A program made the translations under genes and the position numbers. From the NCBI GenBank assembly GCA_018649725.1, contig JABIHH010000087.1, positions 18,550 through 82,549 on the forward strand: a stretch of 64,000 nt of DNA. The letters are read 5' to 3'. The stretch's first letter is position 1. Every line of letters starts with the position of its first letter. The notes beneath the pieces are model-generated. The model made no database searches, had not been told where the DNA came from, and saw only the letters and a program-made list of their open reading frames with translations. Source of the DNA: Rhodospirillaceae bacterium (GTDB taxonomy: Bacteria; Pseudomonadota; Alphaproteobacteria; Rhodospirillales; UBA2165). Of this stretch, positions 37,861-47,862 are shown piece by piece.

Positions 37861-38190
37861 TTAAAGCGGCATGCGCAAGATTTCGCGGTAAGCTTCCAGG
37901 ACTTTGTCTCGAACCGCAACCACCGTGTTGAGCGTCGTCTCCGCTTCCGCGACCGCAATAACGACCTGATCGATATTCGCCTTACCGGCAGCAGCAGCGG
38001 CTGAAAGCTGTTCGCTCATAGTGTTTTTATCGACCGCGTTCTGGGCAAAATTCTTTACCATTGTGGAGAAATCATTGGCCGAACTCGAGCCCGTACCTCC
38101 GATACCACCCAAGCCGGCTCCGTCACCCTCGCCGGTCCGGCCAACCGCTGATTTATAGGCACTTATCGCATTGGCTAATTCTATCGCCAT
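37861..38190 (-). CDS. fliE: Flagellar hook-basal body protein FliE
   Basis: The C-terminal VAVRDKVLEAYREILRMPL is typical of FliE. Confidence 0.8.
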   Translation of the reverse strand: MAIELANAISAYKSAVGRTGEGDGAGLGGIGGTGSSSANDFSTMVKNFAQNAVDKNTMSEQLSAAAAAGKANIDQVVIAVAEAETTLNTVVAVRDKVLEAYREILRMPL

Positions 38191-38257
38191 TTCGCTCTCC
38201 TTTTAGATACTTTTCACGCCGCTTTTTTTAGCGGAGATATTTTTTGTCTATTTTGGC

Positions 38258-38671
38258 TTAACGCAGCAGTTCGAGTGTTTTATTCAACATGGCCCGGCTG
38301 GTGCGAATAGCGCTTAAATTTGCTTCGTAGGAACGCTGGGCTTCCCGCATATCCATCATCTCAACCAATTTGTTGATATTGGGGGCAAGCACATAGCCTT
38401 GTTTATCCGCCGCCGGGTGGTTCGGGTCATATTTTTTGACAAAGTCACTACGATCTTTGCCGATCCGGCTGACCTCAACGAGCTTCATGTCCAGATCCCG
38501 ATCCAGGGCGTTCTTAAACGTGATCGTTTTGCGCTGGTAGGGATTTTGCCCAGGCTCCGTCGGCAAGGAATCCGAGTTGGCAATATTTTGCGAAATAACG
38601 CGCAGGCGCTCACCCTGCACTTTCATACCAGCAGCAGAAATTCGAAATGAGGAAATTAAATCATCAGCCAT
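38258..38671 (-). CDS. flgC: Flagellar basal-body rod protein FlgC
   Basis: ISAAGMKVQGERLRVISQNIANSDS. Confidence 0.92.
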   Translation of the reverse strand: MADDLISSFRISAAGMKVQGERLRVISQNIANSDSLPTEPGQNPYQRKTITFKNALDRDLDMKLVEVSRIGKDRSDFVKKYDPNHPAADKQGYVLAPNINKLVEMMDMREAQRSYEANLSAIRTSRAMLNKTLELLR

Positions 38672-38700
38672 TTTTTTCTTATCCTAGCTTAAATTTTGAA

Positions 38701-39123
38701 CTACCTACCGCGCACCACAGCTTTGATCATGGACAGATGCTTGCGGTAAAGCCCCACCATGGTCGAATGCTGAACGGCAGCTTCGTTCATTTTGACCATC
38801 TGCTCTTCAAGAATGACCGAGTTACCATCGGGAGCCGTTTCATACGGCCTTCTGTCGACAGTCGCAGCGGCACTCGCGCTGGATCCGCCGCCGCCGGTGA
38901 TATGCATGGGGTGGGTCACGCGCATGGACATGCCCCCCCCATTTGCATTTTTTGGCGCATGTGCGCGGAGCGCTTTTTTGAAGTCAAATTCTTCAATATC
39001 ACGCGCCCGATATTGGGGCGTATCCGCATTTGCAATATTTTGAGAGATCACCTGCTGGCGCTGGCCGACCCAGTTCAGGCGTCCTTTGAGCATCCCAAAC
39101 ATAGGGAGATTGGTAATATCCAT
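38701..39123 (-). CDS. flgB: Flagellar basal-body rod protein FlgB
   Basis: LNWVGQRQQVISQNIANADTPQYRARD. Confidence 0.9.
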   Translation of the reverse strand: MDITNLPMFGMLKGRLNWVGQRQQVISQNIANADTPQYRARDIEEFDFKKALRAHAPKNANGGGMSMRVTHPMHITGGGGSSASAAATVDRRPYETAPDGNSVILEEQMVKMNEAAVQHSTMVGLYRKHLSMIKAVVRGR

Positions 39124-39240
39124 TTCACATCCACCAGTTCTGCGCCATTTTGGCGCGTTTTGAGCTTTTGCCCATTTTGATTTAACTAGGCAAATTATGC
39201 CTAGCGGGTTTTAAGAAATGGTAAAGGCGGACGTTAATAG

Positions 39241-39945
39241 TTATTCAAGCCCCAATCTCTCCCGGCCGATCCGCGTCGCGGCCTCTCGGCGGCGGGTGGC
39301 GAGGTCAGCGCCGCGTTCGGTTTGCAGCGCCACCATCTCAGGGTCGGCGGTCTCGATGGAGCCGCCGTTGAAGGGTGGGTCGGGGTCGTATTCAATGCCA
39401 AGTTGGATCGCTTTGGCCGCTTGCTCGCCGTTCAAACGGGCGATGAGTGTGAGGGCGAAATCGATGCCGGCGGTGACGCCAGCGCCGGTGATGATATTGC
39501 CGTCTTCGACGACGCGCTCGCGCACGGGCTCAGCCCCCATCAGCGCCAATTGATCAACCACGCTCCAATGCGAGGTGGCGCGCTTACCGATCAACAGCCC
39601 CGCTGCCGCCAATACCAGCGAGCCGGTACAAACGGAGGTTATGTATGTGGCCTCGTTGCCCGCACGTTTTACAAAGTCGATCAACGGCGCGTCATCCATT
39701 GCCTGCAACTGACCGGGCCCGCCCGGAATAAACAACACATCGGGCAACTCATAGTCATCGAAGGTCGCCGTTGGCATGAGCACTAAGCCGGATATCGAGG
39801 CCACCGGCTCAATCCGATGCCATAAAAGATCAACGTCAATATTTGGCGGGAAGCTCAGGACTTCATGGGGACCGGTTAAATCGAGCTGAGTTAAATTCGG
39901 AAAAAGGACCATCCCTACTCTAATTTTTTGATCTTGATTGGGCAT
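39241..39945 (-). CDS. DJ-1/PfpI-family protein (isocyanide hydratase-like)
   Basis: Nucleophile elbow ITSVCTGSLVLAAAGLL, with IPGG upstream. Confidence 0.85.
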   Translation of the reverse strand: MPNQDQKIRVGMVLFPNLTQLDLTGPHEVLSFPPNIDVDLLWHRIEPVASISGLVLMPTATFDDYELPDVLFIPGGPGQLQAMDDAPLIDFVKRAGNEATYITSVCTGSLVLAAAGLLIGKRATSHWSVVDQLALMGAEPVRERVVEDGNIITGAGVTAGIDFALTLIARLNGEQAAKAIQLGIEYDPDPPFNGGSIETADPEMVALQTERGADLATRRREAATRIGRERLGLE

Positions 39946-40064
39946 TCTGCGCTCCCCTTTGCTGGTTTTTATCGCCGGAATCGTCTTTGAGCCTCGTTAT
40001 ATCATAGGTGACCCGAAAAACATGAGGCAAATCACGGGAAATTAACGGGTTTGGGAGACAAAGT

Positions 40065-41537
40065 ATGCAGATCAAACATATTGCGGCACTTCTCGTTCTA
40101 CCTTTCACAGTAGGGATTGCAGAGACCTCCAGTTTTGCTACGGAAATAGGCAGAGATCGGGGGATATCGGTTGAACCACGACCAAGTGCAATCCGCCTTC
40201 AGCCGATTTCAAAGCCTCAATATACCGCATCCTTCGCGCTGGTTATCGGCATTGATAACTACACCAAGGGATGGCCCAAGTTGCACAATGCCGTCAAAGA
40301 TGCGGAGTTGATTGCCGGCGAGATGGCCCGGCGCGGCTTTAAGGTGACGCTGCGCCTCAACCCCAACTCACAGCAGCTCAAGCAAGCCTTCGAGAAATTT
40401 TATGCCACCAAGGGCGCTGATCCCAAGGCGCGATTGTTTGTCTGGTATGCCGGTCATGGCCACACGCTCAAAGGCGAAGGCTATCTCGTGCCGGCAGACG
40501 CACCCGTGCCCGATTGGGCTGAGCGTCGGCTGGTTGATTTTAAACTCAAAGCCCTCAACATGCGGCGCTTTGGCGAGTATGTCCGACTGTCTTCATCCAA
40601 GCACAGCTTTACCGTCTTTGATTCGTGCTTCGGCGGCGCTGTATTTGGCGCAACGTCTGGCCACACACCGATCGCCCGACTTGAGGGCACGCCGCCGCCC
40701 ATCGGCCAGTTTTTAACGGCTGGAACCCGCCATCAGAAAGTTGCCGATGACGGAGGCTTCCGGCGTCTCTTTATTCGGGCTCTCAAGGGTCAGGCGCCTG
40801 CCGACCGAAATCACGATGGTTTTCTAACCTCGGGAGAGCTCGGCAGCTTTATGTCTGAGCGTTACGCTGAAATCACCAAGGGTCGGCAAACACCCAATGC
40901 CACAACCGGCGGAGCCACCACTTTTGCCTTCCGTCTGCTGCCGCCAAAACCTCTTCACATAGTTGCCGTTAAACCCGTTGATGTCTGGACCTATGACAAA
41001 GGTTCGTTTGAGCGGATTATTTTTGATTGGCCGAAGAAAGTCGCTTATCGGCTTGAGCGCAAGAACGATCACACCCGCCTCACCTTTGAAGCGCCGGCCA
41101 AGCTAAAAATATCGCCCTTGCAGGACAACAAGCTGAGAAACATCGCCGATGCCTCGTTTTATCGTAGCGCTTCTAAGACCATTCTAACTCTTGATATACC
41201 GTCCGACCGCTATGTGCATGATTTTGTCACCGACAATCAGATCGTCCTTGATGTGGTTAATCCGCAAATCACAGAGACCCGGCAAAATCCGGTTCAACTT
41301 GCAAGCTATCCGGTACCACAGCCACAGCCCCAAATCGTGACCCGATCCCAGACCCGATCCCTGCCCGACATCTTCACCAGCACCGCCCGCATTCTCCAAA
41401 GCCTGCAACCCCGCCCCCAATATAAAGTGGTGCCGCGAGTGCGCTATCGCGAGGTCCACATCATTCGCAAACATTCACGATGGCAGTCAAAGCGACGCCA
41501 TCAGGAGCGCCGCTTTCGCCGGCATCAGCGGCGCTAG
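40065..41537 (+). CDS. Exported caspase-fold (peptidase C14) protein with an AMIN-like beta domain and a polybasic tail
   Basis: Signal peptide MQIKHIAALLVLPFTVGIAETSSFA, His in VWYAGHGH, Cys in FDSCFGG, later RIIFDWPKKVAYRLERKNDHTRLTFE...TILTLDIP...IVLDVVNP, ending RKHSRWQSKRRHQERRFRRHQRR. Confidence 0.8.
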   Translation: MQIKHIAALLVLPFTVGIAETSSFATEIGRDRGISVEPRPSAIRLQPISKPQYTASFALVIGIDNYTKGWPKLHNAVKDAELIAGEMARRGFKVTLRLNPNSQQLKQAFEKFYATKGADPKARLFVWYAGHGHTLKGEGYLVPADAPVPDWAERRLVDFKLKALNMRRFGEYVRLSSSKHSFTVFDSCFGGAVFGATSGHTPIARLEGTPPPIGQFLTAGTRHQKVADDGGFRRLFIRALKGQAPADRNHDGFLTSGELGSFMSERYAEITKGRQTPNATTGGATTFAFRLLPPKPLHIVAVKPVDVWTYDKGSFERIIFDWPKKVAYRLERKNDHTRLTFEAPAKLKISPLQDNKLRNIADASFYRSASKTILTLDIPSDRYVHDFVTDNQIVLDVVNPQITETRQNPVQLASYPVPQPQPQIVTRSQTRSLPDIFTSTARILQSLQPRPQYKVVPRVRYREVHIIRKHSRWQSKRRHQERRFRRHQRR

Positions 41538-41664
41538 GTCACAAATCTATCTAGTTCGCCCCCCGAACAAACCCAATATTTCCAATAGCTTGATGGGAAA
41601 TGGCGTGCTAAAACGCGGCCAAACTTAATATCCATACCTACGTATCATCTGGAGCCTATCTACC

Positions 41665-44600
41665 GTGCCTAAACCTGAGCGCCAAATAAATAAAATTCTC
41701 GTCGCCAATCGAAGTGAAATTGCCATCCGTATTATGCGGGCGGCAACCGAACTTGGCATATCTACTGTCGCGATTTATTCCCGGGAAGATCGCTTTGCGC
41801 TGCATCGCTATAAGGCGGATGAAAGCTATTTGGTCGGTGAAGGCAAAGGTCCGATCGAAGCTTATCTCGATATCGAAGATATTATCCGAACTGCGGTTGA
41901 GGCGGATGTTGATGCGATCCATCCAGGCTACGGCTTTTTGTCGGAGAATCCCGATTTTGCCGACGCGGTTGTTGAAGCGGGCCTGATCTTTGTCGGCCCG
42001 ACCGGCGACACCATGCGAAGCCTCGGCAGTAAAGTTGCGGCTCGTGCCTTGGCACTAGAAGCGGGCGTGCCAGTCATGCCGGCAACCGACCCTCTACCGG
42101 TGCTCCCCGGCGGCGAGGCTGAGATCACGAAGCTTGCCGAGGACATTGGCTATCCGGTCATGTGTAAAGCAACCTGGGGCGGCGGTGGCCGGGGTATGCG
42201 GGTGATTGAGACAGCCAAGGATTTGCTGAGCCTGGTTGAGCAGGCAAGCCGGGAAGCCGCAGCGGCTTTCGGTAATGGAGAAGTTTATCTTGAAAAACTC
42301 GTTCGCAATGCGCGCCATGTCGAAGTTCAGGTCATGGGTGATCTCTATGGCAATATCGTCCATATGTTTGAGCGCGACTGCTCGGTCCAGCGCCGCCATC
42401 AAAAGGTCGTTGAGCGAGCACCGGCTGTCTTCTTAGATGATGAGGCCCGCAGCTTTCTCTGCGAGCAAGGTATCAAAATCGCCAAGACCGCTGATTATCA
42501 ATGCGCGGGCACGGTTGAATTTTTACAAGACGCCGATAGCGGTGAAGTTTATTTCATCGAAGTAAATCCCCGCATTCAGGTTGAGCACACGGTGACCGAT
42601 TGGGTGACCGGCATTGATCTTGTTCAGGCGCAAATTCGTATTGCGGCGGGCGGTAAAATCGGCGATCTCGAAAGCTCCGGTGTTCCAGCCCAGGAAGATA
42701 TTCGGCTTTATGGTCATGCCATTCAGTGCCGGGTCACAACCGAGGATCCTGAAAATAATTTCACGCCCGATTATGGCCGCCTGTCGGCCTATCGGAGTGC
42801 GTCGGGATTTGGTATTCGCCTGGATGCGGGCACGGCCTTTGCGGGGGCGCTGATCACGCGCTATTACGACTCGCTATTGGTCAAAGTCACCAGCTGGGCA
42901 CCAGATGCAAAAAGCGCCACTAATCGAATGGACCGCGCGCTCAGAGAGTTTCGTATTAGGGGCGTCACCACCAATCTGCGCTTTCTCGAAACGCTGATCA
43001 ATCATCCGAAGTTTTTGGCGGCCGATTACACGACCAACTTTATCGATCAGACACCAGAGCTGTTTGAGTTTCCTGAGCGCCGCGACCGGGCCTCCCGCCT
43101 ACTGAACTTTGTCGGCGACGTCATCGTTAACGGCAATCCGGAAGTCAAAGGTCATGCCCTACCCGCTCATGCGACCCAGCCCCATGCACGCAAATTCGGC
43201 AAAGCTGAGGTTAAGCCCGGTACCAAGCAATTGCTCGATGATCTTGGCCCGGAGAAATTCTCGCAGTGGATGCTCGATCAAAAGCGTGTGCTGATCACCG
43301 ACACAACAATGCGGGATGCCCACCAGTCTTTGTTAGCGACGCGGGTGCGCTCAAAGGACCTCGTCGATATCGCGCCAACTTACGCGCATCTCTTGCCAGA
43401 AATGTTCTCGATGGAATGCTGGGGCGGCGCGACATTTGATGTTGCAATGCGGTTTCTCAATGAATGTCCGTGGGAGCGCTTGAGCGACCTCCGTGAAGCC
43501 ATGCCGAACTTGCTGACGCAAATGTTGCTGCGCTCGGCCAATGGCGTTGGCTATGCAAACTATCCAGACAATGTCGTGCGCTTCTTTGTCAAAGAATGCG
43601 CCGATAACGGCATGGATTTATTCCGCGTCTTTGATGCCCTCAACTGGGTTGAGAACATGCGGGTGGCCATTGATGCAGTCAGAGAGACCGATCGGTTGTG
43701 TGAAGCAGCAATTTGCTACACCGGCGACATCACTGACCCCAATCGCACAAAATATGATCTCAAATATTATGTGAATTTAGCGAAAGAACTGAAAGATGCC
43801 GGCGCCCACATTCTAGGCATCAAGGATATGGCGGGGCTTTGTAAGCCAGACGCGGCTCGCATTTTGGTCAAAGCCTTAAAAGAAGAGACCGGTCTGCCGA
43901 TCCATTTTCACACCCACGACACCAGCGGCATTTCTGCGGCAAGCGTGCTGGCGGCTGTCGAAGCTGGTGCCGATGCGGTAGATGCAGCGATTGATTCGAT
44001 GTCCTGTCTAACCTCTCAGCCCAATCTCGGCTCAATTGTCGAAGCGCTTAAAAATACCGAACGCGATACGGGGCTGGATACCGAAGCACTGCGCCAAGTC
44101 TCGACCTATTGGGAGCATGTTCGCTCGCTCTATTCGAGTTTCGAAGCTGATTTCCGCTCAGGTGCCTCGGATGTTTATTTGCACGAAATTCCCGGCGGCC
44201 AATACACCAACCTTCGCCAGCAAGCCCGCTCAATGGGCATTGACCGGCGCTGGCCCGAAGTTGCCAACACTTATGCCAAAGTAAACCAGATGTTCGGCGA
44301 TGTCGTCAAAGTGACGCCGTCTTCCAAGGTGGTTGGTGACTTGACCTTGCTGATGATTACGTCAGATATTTCGCCGGAAGATGTGCTCGACCCGGAGAAA
44401 GAGATCGCCTTCCCGGAATCGGTTATACAATTTTTCCGGGGCGAGCTTGGCCAGCCTTATGGCGGCTTCCCGGAAGCGCTGCAAAAGAAAATTCTTAAAG
44501 GCGATGAGCCTATCACGGTCCGGCCCGGCTCGGTGATGGAAGATATCGATCTCAAAGCGTCTAAAGCCGATGTCGAAAAAACCGTTGGCCGCGACATCAG

Positions 44601-45132
44601 TGACCCGGAATTTGCTTCGTACCTTATGTACCCGCAGGTCTTTACGGATTATGCCGCGCATCTCGAAGAATTTGGTGATGTCAGCAAAGTGCCGACGGCT
44701 GCCTATTTCTACGGCATGGAACCCGGCGAAGAGATTGCCATTGAGATGGAGCGCGGCAAAACCCTGGCGCTGCGTCTGCTCGCACTTGGCGATGCAGGTG
44801 AAGACGGCAAACGCACCGTTTTCTTTGAGCTCAATGGTCAGCCACGCTCTGTCCGCATCGACGACCACTCTCAAGAATCAACCCGGCCCACCAACCGCAT
44901 CGCGGAAGCCACCAATCCCAACCATGTCGGTGCGCCGATGCCGGGCATTGTCTCCAGTGTCATCGCCGAGCCCGGTAAAAAAGTGCTGCAAGGCGATACC
45001 ATGCTGTCCATCGAAGCGATGAAAATGGAAACTGCCGTCAATGCCGAGCGCGACGGGGTAATCGCCGAAGTGGTGGTCGAGATTGGCAGCCAGATTGGGG
45101 CGAAAGATCTGCTGGTTGTTTTCGAGGACTAG
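41665..45132 (+). CDS. pyc: Pyruvate carboxylase
   Basis: 1155 aa with biotin carboxylase, carboxyltransferase and a C-terminal biotinyl motif EAMKME. GTG start preceded by GGAG. Confidence 0.96.
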   Translation: MPKPERQINKILVANRSEIAIRIMRAATELGISTVAIYSREDRFALHRYKADESYLVGEGKGPIEAYLDIEDIIRTAVEADVDAIHPGYGFLSENPDFADAVVEAGLIFVGPTGDTMRSLGSKVAARALALEAGVPVMPATDPLPVLPGGEAEITKLAEDIGYPVMCKATWGGGGRGMRVIETAKDLLSLVEQASREAAAAFGNGEVYLEKLVRNARHVEVQVMGDLYGNIVHMFERDCSVQRRHQKVVERAPAVFLDDEARSFLCEQGIKIAKTADYQCAGTVEFLQDADSGEVYFIEVNPRIQVEHTVTDWVTGIDLVQAQIRIAAGGKIGDLESSGVPAQEDIRLYGHAIQCRVTTEDPENNFTPDYGRLSAYRSASGFGIRLDAGTAFAGALITRYYDSLLVKVTSWAPDAKSATNRMDRALREFRIRGVTTNLRFLETLINHPKFLAADYTTNFIDQTPELFEFPERRDRASRLLNFVGDVIVNGNPEVKGHALPAHATQPHARKFGKAEVKPGTKQLLDDLGPEKFSQWMLDQKRVLITDTTMRDAHQSLLATRVRSKDLVDIAPTYAHLLPEMFSMECWGGATFDVAMRFLNECPWERLSDLREAMPNLLTQMLLRSANGVGYANYPDNVVRFFVKECADNGMDLFRVFDALNWVENMRVAIDAVRETDRLCEAAICYTGDITDPNRTKYDLKYYVNLAKELKDAGAHILGIKDMAGLCKPDAARILVKALKEETGLPIHFHTHDTSGISAASVLAAVEAGADAVDAAIDSMSCLTSQPNLGSIVEALKNTERDTGLDTEALRQVSTYWEHVRSLYSSFEADFRSGASDVYLHEIPGGQYTNLRQQARSMGIDRRWPEVANTYAKVNQMFGDVVKVTPSSKVVGDLTLLMITSDISPEDVLDPEKEIAFPESVIQFFRGELGQPYGGFPEALQKKILKGDEPITVRPGSVMEDIDLKASKADVEKTVGRDISDPEFASYLMYPQVFTDYAAHLEEFGDVSKVPTAAYFYGMEPGEEIAIEMERGKTLALRLLALGDAGEDGKRTVFFELNGQPRSVRIDDHSQESTRPTNRIAEATNPNHVGAPMPGIVSSVIAEPGKKVLQGDTMLSIEAMKMETAVNAERDGVIAEVVVEIGSQIGAKDLLVVFED

Positions 45133-46025
45133 ATTTTTCTGGCCGTCTGCTGAATGAGTTGTCGCATCCATCGGTGAAGCGGCCGATCATCGTCACGTTG
45201 GTGCCACACCTGATAAATGCTTAGCGGCTCAACTGCAATTGGGGATGGCACCCTAGAGAAATCCCGCATGAACGTCGATTTCAAAGTCTCCGGCAATATC
45301 GCAATAACGTCCGTGCCCTTCATTAACTCAGGCAATCCCGCAAAATTCGGCACCTGCAAGGTAACCCGTCGATGCTTGCCTTGAAGCGCTAATATTTGAT
45401 CGATTGGATTAATATCGACCGCGCCAAAAACAATTCGAGCATGGCGACGCGACAAATAATCTTCGAGCGTTTTAGGTGCGGACGTAACGTCGGGATCATA
45501 GAAACAGACAAATTTATCGGTGAAGATTTTTTGCTGCTTAAATTCACTTCCCTCAGGCAATAACGGTGTCACAACAAGGTCACATTCTTCATTGCGCAAT
45601 ACGGCCGCGGCATCAATGCCAGATTGAATGACACGAAAATTGAGCTCGGGAGCCTCCGCAGTTATTTGCGCATAAACCGGTCCCAAAAGCGTCCCCCAGT
45701 AAATGTCATTTGCGGCGACAACAAATTGGCCGCTTACGGTCGCGAGATCAAATTTTCTTTGTTCAGATAAAGAGCGCATGTCACGCAATAAAAGGCGCAC
45801 CTCGTCGATGATGGCGTCCGCATTGTGGGTCGGCGTAATCCCCCGCCCGGCTCTAACGAAAAGCGGATCACCCATGATCGTCCTGAGCTTTTCAAGACCG
45901 TGGCTAACGGCGGATTGGGTAATTCCAAGACGTTCTGCGGCCTTAGTGACCGACCCCTCATCATAGACGAGGACAAACATGCGTAGAATGCGGCCATCAA
46001 TATCTAAATAATCTATTTTATTCAT
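45129..46025 (-). CDS. LysR-family transcriptional regulator
   Basis: N-terminal wHTH ILRMFVLVYDEGSVTKAAERLGITQSAVSHGLEKLR. Confidence 0.9.
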   Translation of the reverse strand: MNKIDYLDIDGRILRMFVLVYDEGSVTKAAERLGITQSAVSHGLEKLRTIMGDPLFVRAGRGITPTHNADAIIDEVRLLLRDMRSLSEQRKFDLATVSGQFVVAANDIYWGTLLGPVYAQITAEAPELNFRVIQSGIDAAAVLRNEECDLVVTPLLPEGSEFKQQKIFTDKFVCFYDPDVTSAPKTLEDYLSRRHARIVFGAVDINPIDQILALQGKHRRVTLQVPNFAGLPELMKGTDVIAILPETLKSTFMRDFSRVPSPIAVEPLSIYQVWHQRDDDRPLHRWMRQLIQQTARKI

Positions 46026-46042
46026 GAATATTATGAATTCTC

Positions 46043-46057
46043 ATTAGTTGACCTAAT
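46043..46057. promoter_or_regulatory. LysR-type T-N11-A dyad ATTAG-N5-CTAAT
   Basis: Perfect 5-bp arms in the 88-bp divergent region between the LysR gene and the sulfatase gene. Confidence 0.45.
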
Positions 46058-46113
46058 CAATAAATACACCATACTGAGGACAATTCAAAATTAAATTATT
46101 AGCGAGGCTAAAC

Positions 46114-47796
46114 ATGTGTACGCCATATACGGTCCATCCGGATCTCAAAGAACACGATGCAAAAATGATTCAAAAAGTCATTACGATTAATGACAACATC
46201 CACATGGCTTACGCCTACTCACCTTCAAACGCGACTTTGATCGAGGGTGATGACGGCTGCATTTTGATCGATACATTACCGACGATCGAATTCGCCGAAC
46301 CCGTGGTCGAAGAATTTAAAAAAATTACGGATAAACCGATTAAGGCCATCATCTACACCCATGTTCACCCAGACCACATCAGCGGCGTGCGCGCTTTTGT
46401 CGATGAAGAAGATGTCAAAGCCGGCAAGGTGGAGATTATTGCCCTTGATGACCTTGTGCCGTCACTGGTGCGGGACAGCGGTGTGCTTGCTCCTGTCCTC
46501 GCGCGTCGGGCCATGTATACCTTTGGCTTTCAGCTTCCCTTGAATGACCAAGGCAATGTGAGCACGGGGTGCGGCCCGGCAAATGTTCCCGGGCGCCGTA
46601 GTTTCATCGCACCGACAAAAACTTTCAGCAAGCAACTCGATATTGAGATTTGCGGTGTCAAACTTCAGCTTCTCCACGTCCCTAGCGAGACCGATGATCA
46701 GGTTGTTGTTTGGTTGCCAGAAGACAAATTACTGATCTCGGCCGATGTGCTGCAAGGTCAGACGTTTCCCAATATTTATGCTTTGCGTGGCACCTCCTTT
46801 CGCGACCCCATGACCTGGGTGGATGGCATTGACCGCCTGCGTCGGATGGAACCTGATACTTTGATCCCTCACCATGGCCCACCCGTTGAAGGCGCCGCTG
46901 AAGTTGAAGATGTTTTAACGGCCTATCGCGATTCCATGCAGTATCTGCATGATCAAACTGTCCGGCGCATGAACCAAGGTTACGCGCCCGATGAGATCAT
47001 GGAAGAAATTACCATGCCGGCGCATCTCGCAGAGCATGAATGGTTGGGCGAATATTACGGCAGCTATAAACATTCCGCCCCGGCGATTTATGGTGGTTAT
47101 GTCGGCTGGTTTGATGGCGATCCGGTTACACTTGATCCAAAACCAAGAACCGAGCGCGCACAAAGTTACGTTGAACTTATGGGCGGCCGAGACCAGGTGC
47201 TGGCCAAAGCCAAAGAAGCATTCCACGACGGCGACTTTCAATGGGCCGCCGAGATTGCGACTTGGAACGTCAAAGCCGATACGTCGGACACGGAATCCAA
47301 GCAGCTCAAAGCCGATGCACTCCGCCAATGGGGTTATGCTCAAAAGAACATTAATTGGCGCAACTGGGCACTCACCACGGCGTTGGAGTTGGAAGATGCC
47401 CTAACGCCGCCGAAGGGAATGCCGTTTGGTGGACCGGATTCATTGCGCAACTTCCCAAGCAAATCTTTGTTGAAGTTGTTAACCGTGCGTCTCAAAGCTG
47501 AAGACGCAATGGAATTGCATCGTACGGTCACTTTTAATATCACGGATACCGATGAAGCTTGCGCGTTGGAAATTCGAAAAGGCGTCTGCCAGTTCCATCC
47601 AGACGCCTCGAAATCGCAGGATATAGCTCTGCATTTCGATCGAGCGTTCCTCATCAAATTATTCTTAGGCCAAACCAGCTATGCAGATGGTATTGCCGCA
47701 GGTGAAGTTTCGATTGACGGCAGCGAACAAGAGTTTAGCGAGTTCATTTCGCTCTTTGAGCAGCCGAGTATGGATATGGCGATCACGGTACGATGA
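46114..47796 (+). CDS. MBL-fold alkyl/aryl sulfatase (SdsA1/Bds1 type) with an SCP2-like C-terminus
   Basis: THVHPDHISG metallo-beta-lactamase motif, 560 aa, no evident signal peptide. Confidence 0.85.
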   Translation: MCTPYTVHPDLKEHDAKMIQKVITINDNIHMAYAYSPSNATLIEGDDGCILIDTLPTIEFAEPVVEEFKKITDKPIKAIIYTHVHPDHISGVRAFVDEEDVKAGKVEIIALDDLVPSLVRDSGVLAPVLARRAMYTFGFQLPLNDQGNVSTGCGPANVPGRRSFIAPTKTFSKQLDIEICGVKLQLLHVPSETDDQVVVWLPEDKLLISADVLQGQTFPNIYALRGTSFRDPMTWVDGIDRLRRMEPDTLIPHHGPPVEGAAEVEDVLTAYRDSMQYLHDQTVRRMNQGYAPDEIMEEITMPAHLAEHEWLGEYYGSYKHSAPAIYGGYVGWFDGDPVTLDPKPRTERAQSYVELMGGRDQVLAKAKEAFHDGDFQWAAEIATWNVKADTSDTESKQLKADALRQWGYAQKNINWRNWALTTALELEDALTPPKGMPFGGPDSLRNFPSKSLLKLLTVRLKAEDAMELHRTVTFNITDTDEACALEIRKGVCQFHPDASKSQDIALHFDRAFLIKLFLGQTSYADGIAAGEVSIDGSEQEFSEFISLFEQPSMDMAITVR

Positions 47797-47862
47797 ATAA
47801 GGCGCGTCCTTGAAAAAGCAGGCGTGCCGGAAGGCTAGATAATATTACAAATTAAAATGGGC

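Noticed and set aside
39124-39240. Sigma54 (TGGCAC-N5-TTGC) or CtrA promoter for flgB
   Set aside because: The only TGGCGC-N5-TGGT element is about 10 nt from the ATG and lacks the GC of the -12 element. There is no TTAA-N7-TTAA. The CTAGGCA-5 nt-TGCCTAG hairpin (39187-39205) is more simply a weak terminator for the DJ-1 gene.
39241-41537. Caspase-fold protease as part of a gasdermin-type cell-death pair
   Set aside because: The only neighbour of suitable size is clearly DJ-1/PfpI (SVCTGS nucleophile elbow). In addition the protease has a signal peptide, unlike the cytoplasmic gasdermin-activating proteases.
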